From: Ancylonema sp.
Taxonomy: Eukaryota
Direction of reading: 5' to 3'
DNA length: 64,000 nt
Assembly: GCA_050230475.1 (NCBI GenBank)
Contig: JBFLGF010000067.1
Location: 1 to 64,000 of the forward strand
Below, piece after piece: positions 37,801-48,600 of the stretch (positions are counted from its first letter, which is position 1; each line of letters starts with the position of its first letter). The notes under the pieces were generated by a model. The model ran no database searches. It had not been told where the DNA came from and was given only the letters and a program-made list of their open reading frames with translations. Made by a program: the position numbers and the translations under genes.

Positions 37801-40545
37801 CCTGTAGAGTTCGATTCATCCTTTCAGCAACCCCATTGCTTTGAGGAGACCTAGCTGGAATAGTCTGATGAACGATGCCATGCTCCTTCAGCCACTGCTC
37901 CAGACCAGCATCGACATACTCCCCCCCATTGTCCGACCTCAGCTTCTTCACCTTCTTCCCGACTTGATTTTCGTTGACAGTGATCCACTCCTTCAGCGCC
38001 ACTTTCGTGTCACTCTTGTTTCGAAGCGGAATTGTCCAGGCCTTTCGGCTGAAGTCGTCGACAACCACCAGGTTGTATTGACTCCCCCTTCCTCCGATTG
38101 CCTTTGGATTGAAAGGACCTGCAATGTCTGTGTGAACCATCTCCAGTGGTTCTGTGCTCGATACTCCTGAGATTTTCGTGGATGCTTCTGCTCACTCGAT
38201 TTCCCCATCTTGCAGCCCCTGCACATTCCGAATCCCCTTCATTCCCTCCTCGAGTCCCCTGACCAGCTGCTCACGCACCAATCTTTCCATTCCAACCCCC
38301 CTTGGGAAGTGTGACCGAGTCTTCTATGCAGCAGCTCCCTGGGAATTCCCTTTCCCCCAAGAACCTCCCCCTCTAGCTGTGCTGCTCCATGATACTTCTC
38401 ACATACTAGAGTTGGTCTTGCCTGTTCATGCTCCAGGATTGTGGCAATTTGCTCCCCCACCTTGTTGTAGATTGAAATCTTCTTCCCCGGCTGCCCTGCG
38501 AATGCATAGCTGCACGACCCCGACCCCTTGCTTCTGATACGCTGTAAAGAGAAGATATTCACTCTCATTCCAGGCATGTATAGCACTTCGCGCAGCTCCA
38601 GTATTCCCCACTACCCATACGCTCTCTCAGTCGACAGTCGTACCACCCCCCACTGTGAGACGGCTACCTTTCCTTTTATTTGCTTGACATGAAAGGTTGA
38701 TGGAATATCCTCATATGGAATATCCTCGAGAGTGTCAAACCACACATGTGATAGTTGGCCCCTGTATCACACACCCACTCTCTTGTCTTCCCCATCCTCA
38801 TCTCCCATGCCCATGTGCACCTCACCAACTAGCACTTCTGCGTGACCCTGTTCCTCCTGATCTCCATCCCCGTATCTCCCATAGCCACCTCTGCCTGCTG
38901 CACCACCGCCACGACCCCTTCCCCTTGGAACACCTGATTTCCCCCCCCTTGGTGCTCCGTTGATCTTGCTATAGCATGTCCGCTCAATATGTCCTACTCC
39001 ACCGCACCACGTACAAACACTCTCCTTTTGTGGACACTCCCGACTCCAGTGATCTGACTCTCCACATCTGAAACACCCTTCTGATTTTTCTGTACTTCCC
39101 CTTGCTGCACCTCGTCCTCCATAGCTTCCACCTCTCCCTCTTCCTCTCCCTCTGAAGTTCACCCGACCTCTCGCTGACTGGTAGTACACTTCTGCTAACA
39201 TTCCGGACGCTACAGATTGCAATGCCCTCTTCTTCTCCAAACTGTCGATATCGTACATCCGATCCCACAGAAATGGATTCCAGGGGCAAGATCCTTTGTA
39301 TAGTAGGCCTCACGGAGTAGATCAAACTTTGGTGGAAGTGCTCCAAGTAAAGTCTGAAGCCGATCATTTTCTCCTATCATTCCACCCTGAGCAGTAACTT
39401 TTCTCAAGAGATCATCGTATCTCAGCTTCACGTCAATGTAGGTCTCATCATTGCCAATGGAGAACATGAGAAAATCAGTTCGTTGCCGACGACCTCTGCG
39501 CTGCTGTGATCGTATTATAGTCAGCCCAAGTTGTGCCCACATGAGAGTTGGGTTGTTCCCGTGTATGTCAAGGCTCATCACGATGCTGTCGTCCAGAGTC
39601 TGCGTGATCAAGGATGCTGCCTTCTTTGATCTTTTTCTCCAGTCCTTGATCTCCGCGTGTCTTTTCTCCACTTCTGCACTATTCGCTGACGTGTTGTCTG
39701 CGTTCAGCACTTCGGCGGCTATCTCACCCGGCTCACGTTCTGTTCCGTTCACTATCTCAAGACTGTCTTCTGCGTCCAAGATTGCGGTGATTTTTGTGCG
39801 CCATGGCCCATACGTAATTGAATTCAGCACTATTTTCTTTGTGTACTCTGATGATCCAGAGCCTGATGCTCTGATACCCCAATTGTGGACGCCATTGTGA
39901 CGTCCACTCAACTCAACTCTTTACACTTTTGAGAAGTAATACCCCCAACTCAAACTCAGAAAACTCAACTCTTACTCAGATTGCGCTCAACACAAACTCA
40001 GACTCAGACTCATTCACATACTCATTAAACTCATTCACATATGGCGCAGCTCATAGACAAAGCTACTTTCATATAAAAGCAAGTAAAAAAACAACACCGG
40101 AGAAGAATTGTACCTATACCCATTATATGAGAAAATCTCAATCAACTAGCCAAAAGTAAGACCTTGTCTTGTCATCATTGACATATCTCCAAATGACTAA
40201 TGACCCATTAACCGAACGAGTAAATCTTAATTCGTCAACTATTGATTGGTTATTGCGCGCCGAGCCAATAACCGCGACTACTGACACATTTCACTTGACA
40301 CACGTCAATAACTTTTCTACCGAATACAACTAATCATTCTAAACAAGAGCGAAAAACAACACACGTGTCATTATTCTAAATATTCCCAAAGACAAAACGT
40401 CACACTTCAAGTCATAGACGCGAATAACCAAAAACACGAAAAACAAACCAAAAACCAAAAGCGTCAAAGAACCGCGCACTATTACGGCAACTTTTGGCCG
40501 AACTAATTAACACATCTTAATATACAAATATGAAAATACTCCACA
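34820..40545 (-). mobile_element. Full-length Copia (element 4) in EEP intron 1, no matching TSD
   Basis: LTRs 34820-35478 and 39884-40545. PBS-like GGGGTATCAGAGC, PPT next to 35478. Gag, integrase (VHTDIAGP, SNGVAER), RT (LYGLKQSPR, YVDD), RNase H. Flanks AAGCG and ATCTT differ. Confidence 0.95.
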
Positions 40546-41679
40546 ATCTTTAGCGCTCATCTGAACTTGACCATTGCTGTATTGTATGGCATTGCCTCAG
40601 CTGTACTGCGATAAAGGTGCTCGTTCTCGACTGTGCACTTGCATATGCGTAAGCGACACGTGGATAGACGTGATGACTCGGATGTGACCTCCTTGAAATA
40701 ATTGATGATACCTTGCTGCGTGCACAATACATGTGGCGCATACTCGGTCAGTAATTCCAAACAGACACCCTTCCTTGTGGCGCCCCACAAGTTGCGCCCC
40801 ACATTGTCTGCCCCCGTCCGCGCTGGTGAGTCTTCGAGATGCAGAATCATGGCGGACACAACCAAACTCGCCATTATAACCACCGAGCACAATACAAGGT
40901 GGTGCTTTAATTTATTATTAAAAATATTTTGATATCCCGCCAGCTAGAACTACCTGCCACCCCCGCCTGACCTCCGCTCCTGACCCCCTGCAAAGGTGGT
41001 GGACTTGCCAGATACGATGACGAATTCTACGAAAGCGATGTCTCGCTTCCAGGTACCCTTTCGTACTCACACAACATCGGAAGTCTGGGACTTGTATCAT
41101 TATGTTCCTGTCCTGGATTTCGCGCAGACAGGAAGCGCCATCGGAGGTACTAAATGGACCCCCCCCGCTCTCTGCTATCAGCTGAAACCACAACTTGAGG
41201 CGCGGCATCTTATTGGATCCATATGCGCCGCCTACACGTGCCGTTTCGGTGGGGCGCATAAGACCTCGACGATGCGCCTTCAGCTGTTGTCCAAAACGTC
41301 ACGTGCGCGTAACCTGGACCCCCCGATACACCGTCTCGGGAATAACGCGATACGGCAATACGACAATACGACGCGAGACGTCAAGTTTAGCTCGACACGC
41401 GTACCGGTGTCCGAGACGACCCGCGCCACCTGTTTCATTGCAGAAAATCGATAAAAATCGAAGATATCTACACGCATACGAATATGAATAGGATATCTGC
41501 AAATGCAAAGAAAACAAAGCATCGTTGTAAGGGATATAGTTCACGATAACGTAAAAGGGATAAGTCTTAAAAAAATCAAACCTATGTAAAGATGTAGACA
41601 TCGTGTCGGATCTTCACTACAACAGCTGTACAATACTTATGCACGGCTTACTCGCATGAAGTATGACTCATCAATATTA

Positions 41680-42824
41680 TGTTGAGTGTGTAATGCTAAG
41701 TGTGGCGCGTGCCTGTCAGTGCGGCGTCTGCCCGTCAGTGCGGCGTCAGTATTGCCGCCCGGATACCTAGATTTTCCTCGATTTGCCAGTACTCGATATA
41801 TCTTGCTAAACCCCGTTCGCTTCAAGCTGACTCCTCATTGGTCAGCTTAGTGCCACCGCCGCATAGACGTCGGCCTCCGCCACGTCTATGCCTTATCCTA
41901 GCAAGCCTCTTATCCTCTATACCCTTTCAGATATCACTGATACTTCTCAGTGATCTATTCGCGTACATGAGCATGCTGTGACAGACGTATAGCCATTCAA
42001 GTGAAGCAATTCAAATTTCCTTAATGTCGATTCAACATGGTATCAGAGCCGTCTCAAATGAAGGGACGCGATTTAGAACGACTAGTAGCCTTCTTACTAA
42101 AGATAACTACACAGCATGGAGCAGAAAAATGAAAGCAGTGCTGCTTGTCAACAGAGTATGGGATGTGGTCTCAGGCAGACGCACCCGTCCAAACCCAGCA
42201 CCTGCCCTCGTGTTCGGAGAAGGAGTCACCAATCAGCCCGCCATCGATGCGGCAATCAATAGATTAGATGACTTTGAAGATGCCTACAACAAAGAAGCAT
42301 GCCTCATCGCCGAGTCCATCTCAGATACGGAAATCTTGTCAGTCACCGCCGTGCTGGAAGATCCAGTCGCCACTTGGAAAAAACTTGAGCAAAAGTTCGC
42401 GAGACGGCCCGAAATGGGGCAAGAAGCCGCGCAAATGGCACTTCTTCATTTTCAGCATGTCGAGACCGAGATAGCTGACGAGACAATCACCAGATACGAG
42501 GCAGTAATGAGAAGTGTGCTCAGCAAGGAGTCGCCACAGATGATCTCTTATTGGAGCGCATGATTCTATATCAACCGAATGATGGGTACATGTATCTAAA
42601 AAAGAGTATCAACACTCCAAGGTCAAGCAAGACTGCAAGAGATCTTTTGTTCTATGTCAGCCTTAACCACGTCTATGCCTTATCCTAGCAAGCCTCTTAT
42701 CCTCTATACCCTTTCAGAGATCACTAATACTTCTCAGTGATCTATTCGCGTACATGAGCATGCTCTGACAGACGCATAGCCATTCAAGTGAAGCAATCTA
42801 CATTTCCGTAATGTCGATTCAACA
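41680..42824 (+). mobile_element. Internally deleted Copia: 5' LTR, PBS, partial gag, 3' part of the 3' LTR
   Basis: LTR 41680-42037, PBS at 42038, gag from 42024, partial LTR ~42668-42824. TSD TATTA at 41675-41679 and 42825-42829. Confidence 0.95.
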
Positions 42825-43447
42825 TATTACACACACCAGGCACGTTGCAAGGCGATTATTGAGGAAACACAATTACTTGAGTGCAAGCCGTAGATCACCT
42901 TTACCACTCTCAACACAACACAGATGGCGGTGCCGGTCGATCCGTTGCACATGGACTCGACCGACATACATGGTACCATATACATTGGTACATAATCATA
43001 TTCTTATATTATTATACAAGCATGTCGTGATATCTTTACATGAATATTGATCGCATTACGGTGAGTGTTACGAACCACAATGATCGTGGTAACAACCATG
43101 AGTTGAGGCTTTTATGGACGAGAAGGGACTAGGAAGTTAGGGTTGGACCATCATGAACTCATGATTTATGCACCCTTTTAACTTCAGTTTGTTGCACGAT
43201 ACGCGTACCTGTATCCAATGCGGCTTGCGTGTGACATGGCGTGTCTGACTTTTCTTGCGCCACAAATAAATTTGGATAACATCCTTGTAAAAAATGCGAA
43301 TGTGGAAATCGTATGCATGTCATTCTGAACGTGTGTCGATGCTAATGTTGTTTCCGAGTCGAAGATTCGTGCCAATTTCTTTCACCCTCCCATGGTCACC
43401 TAGGTATTTCGTGTCGAGCCGTAGCTTGCATAGGTGTTACACGTNAT

Positions 43448-43646
43448 GGGTATTACTCAAGTGTAAAGAGTTGAGTTGAGTGGACGTCACAATGGCGTCC
43501 ACACACTAATGGTCACGCGTCTTTACGGAAACGGCTGAAACCAAAACGATTCAGATAACTAACGTTCGCTAAAGGTCATACATCATTCTTACTACGGCTG
43601 GAACTAAAAACTATTCAGATTACAACCGGTTATCCGGAATCCAACA
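43448..43646. mobile_element. Nested LTR termini: element-4-family LTR end (43448-43503, +) abutting an element-2-family LTR start (43504-43646, -)
   Basis: 43448-43503 is the reverse complement of 34820-34875. 43646 ends GGAATCCAACA, the reverse of TGTTGGATTCC. Confidence 0.88.
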
Positions 43647-44540
43647 CTTTCAAGGTACTCATAATGAGAATCTCCTATTATGAGGTGTTTTCTGGGAGTC
43701 CCTTTTTAGGTCTTTCCAACCGATCTCAGCATCTTGGATTAAAGTTCGTTTTTTTGCCCCAGTATTTCTATTGTATGGGCCAGCCATGACTGTTTACATT
43801 ATTTTTAGAGTTAAATTCTGGCAAAAATTGGCCAAGGGTCCGTTAGGATTGCCCAAAAGCAGAAATTCCAGGGTTCGAAAGGCCGCAAAGTAACAAGTAG
43901 TGGATGAGACAAAGGTGGCTGGTTTTCGGGTTGGAAGGGGTTCCTGGAAGGCCATACCACACACGCTGCCAATAATCATGGCAGCTTAGGAACTCAATCG
44001 ATCGATTTCCGATGATTGAGCTAAATTCTGGCTTGTATTACAGAGCTCTGTTTTTATATCTGAACCGTATCAAAGTGAAGATTGGCCCACGGCAAGGTGT
44101 TTGCTTGGGTCTCTATATGTGGGTGTACGAGACTGTGATATAGATAATACTCTCAAACACTCAAGAAGCTCGATCTACGACACAATGCGAAGATCAGCAA
44201 CGTAAGCAAATAAGCAGCGCCAACCAGGACGCAGATAGCGCGATAATAGTGCACAACGAATGGTAAGATAACGTTAAACACCACCGGGGCTCACTGTAAC
44301 ACGATAAGCGTCAGAAAGTTACAGAGTAGGAGTGTAAGGTCCTCCACAGCTGTAGTGACCGACGTCTCCAGATTGTCGTCTAGCGCAAACTAGAAGTTCA
44401 GAACGTACGCTAGTTACTTCTACATGTGATATTCCCGTCAACTATGCCGGCATGGTTATTCTTCGTTTGACCTTGGCGCTAGGGTCACACTACTTACCGT
44501 ACATCAACTGTACAGGACTAGCGTGCCAACATCTACACCA

Positions 44541-44636
44541 CTATAACGCGAAACTACTTGCGCCACCATCGCCTGCACCGGTTCTTGATTGCAACCGGCG
44601 GCGCAATACGCCATACAGGCACACGATCATGTACGG
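44541..44636 (+). repeat. Dispersed structured repeat, copy 2
   Basis: TTGCGCC..CCGGTT-CTTGATTGC-AACCGG-C-GGCGCAA, shared with the copies at 17731 and 52510. Confidence 0.85.
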
Positions 44637-45620
44637 ACCGACAGCAATGTACTTATGTGATACGGTGGAGGATGGCAAAATAACTCAATAGTGTTTTGCA
44701 TTTTTTATCCTGTCAAATTCAATTTTTCCATAAATTAGTTTTGCCACTTTTACGTATTCGGATTTTGCCTTCCAAAAATAGGTTCAAAAAACTAATTGCC
44801 GTTGTACGGAATATTCCGTGTCACGATCACGACCCCTCATTAAGGACCCAAAATGTAACCTCAGTTTGTCGGTATTTACATCATCGCCCAAACGTACTTT
44901 TACGTTTTCAATGTAAAAATTACGCGATTGCGCATAAAAGTTACGGGGTCCGAACCCGAATTACGTCATTTCGGCAACCCTAACCCTAGTGAGGCGATTT
45001 TTGGCAATTGATAAAACACCGTCCCCCCCCCCCCCCCAAATAATTATTTAGATGGGTGTTATCTTTGGCCAGTACGGTATAATAAACGTGTGTTTCATCA
45101 GAGACATCCTTGTCAATACGTCATCGACACCGACATGACGTTGTCGCGATCGTTTCTGCGCCTCCGTGTTTTTTACATGACACCTGGAAACCGCCTACTG
45201 GCGTCTGCGGCATCCTCGCCTGGAGTTTTTTAATGCTGGAACTGAACAATTATGCTTGCTGGTCTGCACAGCGTGTGATCCGTACGCAAAGGCCTGTGCC
45301 TTGCTCGACAGATCCGGGCATTTCTTTATTTCAGCAATCTAATGACTGGTTGCCGAGCCGAGCTGCTTCAGTTGTAATTTGCCAAGGAAGGATGTGATAT
45401 TTGTCTCCTTCCGAGAAGGTTCTCGCAGCCTTGCGCCCGCAAAACGTGCTTGTCTTGTCGAGTCGTGTGGTCTTCTTCACGCCCTTTCTTTTCTCTTCCT
45501 TTGGTCACATGCATACAATGGTCAGGGGTTAGTGCAAATATTCATACCGTGAGTGCAGTAATCGCGAAGAAAAAGGAGATTTCCGTGTATAATTGAAATC
45601 AAAGGCTGCAGAGCTCCACC

Positions 45621-48600
45621 ATGCGCAACTTGCATCCGGGTACGGGAAGGAGCAAGTACTCTGGTCCGGCTCAAATTGAGGCCATCGGTGACTCCCCCAT
45701 GTCACCCACGCCGTGGCCACAGCTGCCCATGCAGCCACTTCTGCGTGAAGGTACTGGCGGGAGCTCTGCATTGCCCCCCGTAAGAACGCTCGATGACTTA
45801 GCGGGTGGGGTCGATGCCCAGCCCGGGGGGGACGCTCCTGAGAGGACAACCATATGGGGGTCGCAACCAGACGAAGGGCAGCGAAGCGAAAGTCGGCAGT
45901 CGTTCGGGGTGAGACAGAGTTTTAGTCAGCAGGGTGTGAGGCGGAAGGTCGGGCGGCAGTTACGGAAGTATGCGAGCTGGTACAGGGGGTCGGGTATGTC
46001 GCATCAAGGGGGTAGAGGGTCCAAGAGTGAAGACAGCCAGGGCGAACGAGTGGTGTATGTAGGCCAGGCGGAGCGTACATGCGAGGGGCAGTTTTTTGCG
46101 GGTAACAAGGTTCGCACAAGCAAGTACACTTTCATCACCTTCCTCCCTCGAAACTGGTTCGAACAGTTCCACCGCATCGCCTACATCTACTTTCTGGCGA
46201 TCGCAGTCCTGAATCAGATCCCCGTGCTCGCCGTTTTCGGCCGCACAGCTTCCATCTTCCCTCTCATCATTGTGCTGCTGGTAACCGCGCTCAAGGACGG
46301 GTATGAGGACTGGGGCCGTCGCAAAGCGGATAAGGTGGAGAACAACAAGCACTGCTCTGTGCTGGGCCCAAACGGGGCGTACCACAGCTCGAAGTGGATG
46401 GACATCCGGGTGGGAGATGTGCTCAAACTGCACTCTGGCGTCACCATCCCCTGCGACCTCGTTCTGCTGGGGTCCAGCGAGGAGGGCGGCAAGGCGTACA
46501 TCGAGACGATGAACCTGGACGGAGAATCCACCCTCAAATCGCGTCAGGCTTTGGCCCAAACTGCTGAGAGGAGCTGCGGTATGGGGCAGGTGATTGGGAC
46601 GCTGACTTGCGAGGAACCGAATCAGAGCATTTACGAGTTCACAGGAGTAATGGCTGTGGAGGGGCGGTGCCTTCCCCTGGGCCCCTCCAACATGCTTCTC
46701 CGGGGGTCTGATCTGCGGAACACTGCGTGGGTGGTCGGGGTGGTGGTCTACGCGGGGAAAGAAACGAAAGCTCAGCTCAATAATTATGGCGCCCAGTCGA
46801 AGCGCAGCCGGTTGGAGGTCCACCTGAATCGGGAGACTCTCATTTTAGGGGCCATGCTGGTGGGGCTGTGTGTGGTGGGGGCGGTGGGGCTGGAGTCGTG
46901 GTTGGGGGAGCGGAACATTCTGGATCTGCCGTACTACGGAGGCAGTGTCGACTACCACGGGGCGGGGGGGGAGGGGGCACTCAACTGGTTCAGCTGCCTC
47001 ATCCGGTACCAGATCTTGGTCCCCATTTCTCTGTACATCAGCATGGAGCTGGTGCGGCTGGGGCAGAGCTACCTCATGGTGAAAGATGCGGAGATGTACG
47101 ACCAGAAATCGGACACGCCCCTCCAGGTGCGCGCGCTGAACATCAACGAGGATTTGGGGCAGATCAAGTACGTGCTTTCGGACAAAACGGGGACGCTGAC
47201 GGAGAACCGGATGGAGTTCCACGCGTGCTCCATCGGGGGACCGGACTACAGTCAGCAGAGCATTGTGCCCCGGGGGGGTGGGGGTGAGGAGGAGGGGCTG
47301 GGGCTGGGGATGGGGGAGGCGGGCGAAGGAGGGATCGGGAGGGAAGAAGTGGACAGTGAGTGCGGGGGAGGGGGGGGCTCATGAGACGTGAGGGTAGAGA
47401 CGCGGTTCTCCATATTCATCAAATGATCAAATGATGAAATGATGAAATGATGCATTGTTGGGGAGAAGTTTGAAGGTGTCGAAACACAGACTGCCTCCCT
47501 CCTTCAGCCTCCATGCACGATGCCAGGTGTCAGCGCCCTGCTCCTTCCCTCACCTCCCTCCCATTCCCCTCTGCAGCCACCCAGCCGAGCCTCCGCCTCC
47601 TGTGGCGTCCCAAGGCGGGTGCACGTGTCGACCCCTCATTGGTGCGAGCCCTCCAGACGCCGATGCAGCGCCAGCTCAGCATCCAGTCAGGCAACGTACA
47701 CCTGGACGACAGCTCAGCGCCGGGTGAGAGTGAGCGAATCCACCTCTTCATGCTCACTCTGGCCGCGTGCAACACCGTCATCCCCACACAGCAGGGGCCA
47801 GCCAGCCCAGCTGGGGGAGGGGGGGGGGTACCAGGGGGAAAGCCCAGATGAGCAGGCTCTGGTCACGGCCGCCGCTGCGTACGGATACACTCTGCTCAAA
47901 CGGTCGCAGGAGGAGCTGCTCATCTCGGTGCTCAACCACCCGGACAGGTGTGGGGGGTTTTGGTTTTCCGGGTTACCTGCCAGATGCACTGGTTCTCTGG
48001 TTCTGGGTTCCAGGTTTTAGGTTTTCCCGGGTCTGGTATCAAGATTTTTGAGGTTCGGGTTCCACATTTCAGATTTCAGAGTTCAGATTTCAGGGTCTTC
48101 GGGATTTCGGTTTGTCTCAGTCCTTTTGCTGCTTCTTGGTCGGCAGGTACGCGGTGTTGGGCACGCACGAGTTCGACAGCGTTCGGAAGCGCATGTCGGT
48201 GGTCGTCCGTCTGCCAGACGGGAGAGTGAAGGTGTTGGTGAAGGGGGCGGACTCGGTCATGATGGACCTCATCCGCCCCAACTCCCCCCCCCCTCACCAT
48301 CACTCAGAGGGGGAGGGCGAGGGCGGGGGCCCAGATGACGCCAGGTGGCAGCAAGTGGAGGATGTGAAGGAGGGCAGTCTGCGAGATTTGGACATGTACG
48401 CCAGGGAGGGGCTGAGAACGCTGGTGTTGGCAGAAAGGGATCTGGGGGGGGCAGAACTGGAGCGCTGGCAGTGGGAGTACGAGGTCGCCAGCACCGCCAT
48501 GCACGACCGGGCGGCCAAAGTGCGGGCAGCAGCGACAGGTGTCGAGAGGGGATTGAATCTCCTGGGCGGGACTGGCATCGAGGACAGGCTGGCAGAAGGG

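Larger units (their letters stand above)
26345..40874 (-). pseudogene. Plant DNase I-like (EEP) family gene, At4g30900-like, exon 4 interrupted by Copia
   Basis: Exons 40874-40712, 34515-34474, 33399-33317, 33076-33050 + 27913-27839, 27627-27419, 27141-27047 and 26592-26345 join in frame once the element is removed. Motifs LCTQQG, FWLSDSP, WKHISSLP..ILCG, GDMRNAW, HVDWIFFR and FPSPHFPIYTEFLLPR. Confidence 0.88.

Noticed and set aside
44541..44636. Hammerhead ribozyme in the structured repeat
   Set aside because: GAAAC is present but there is no CTGANGA core in a compatible arrangement.
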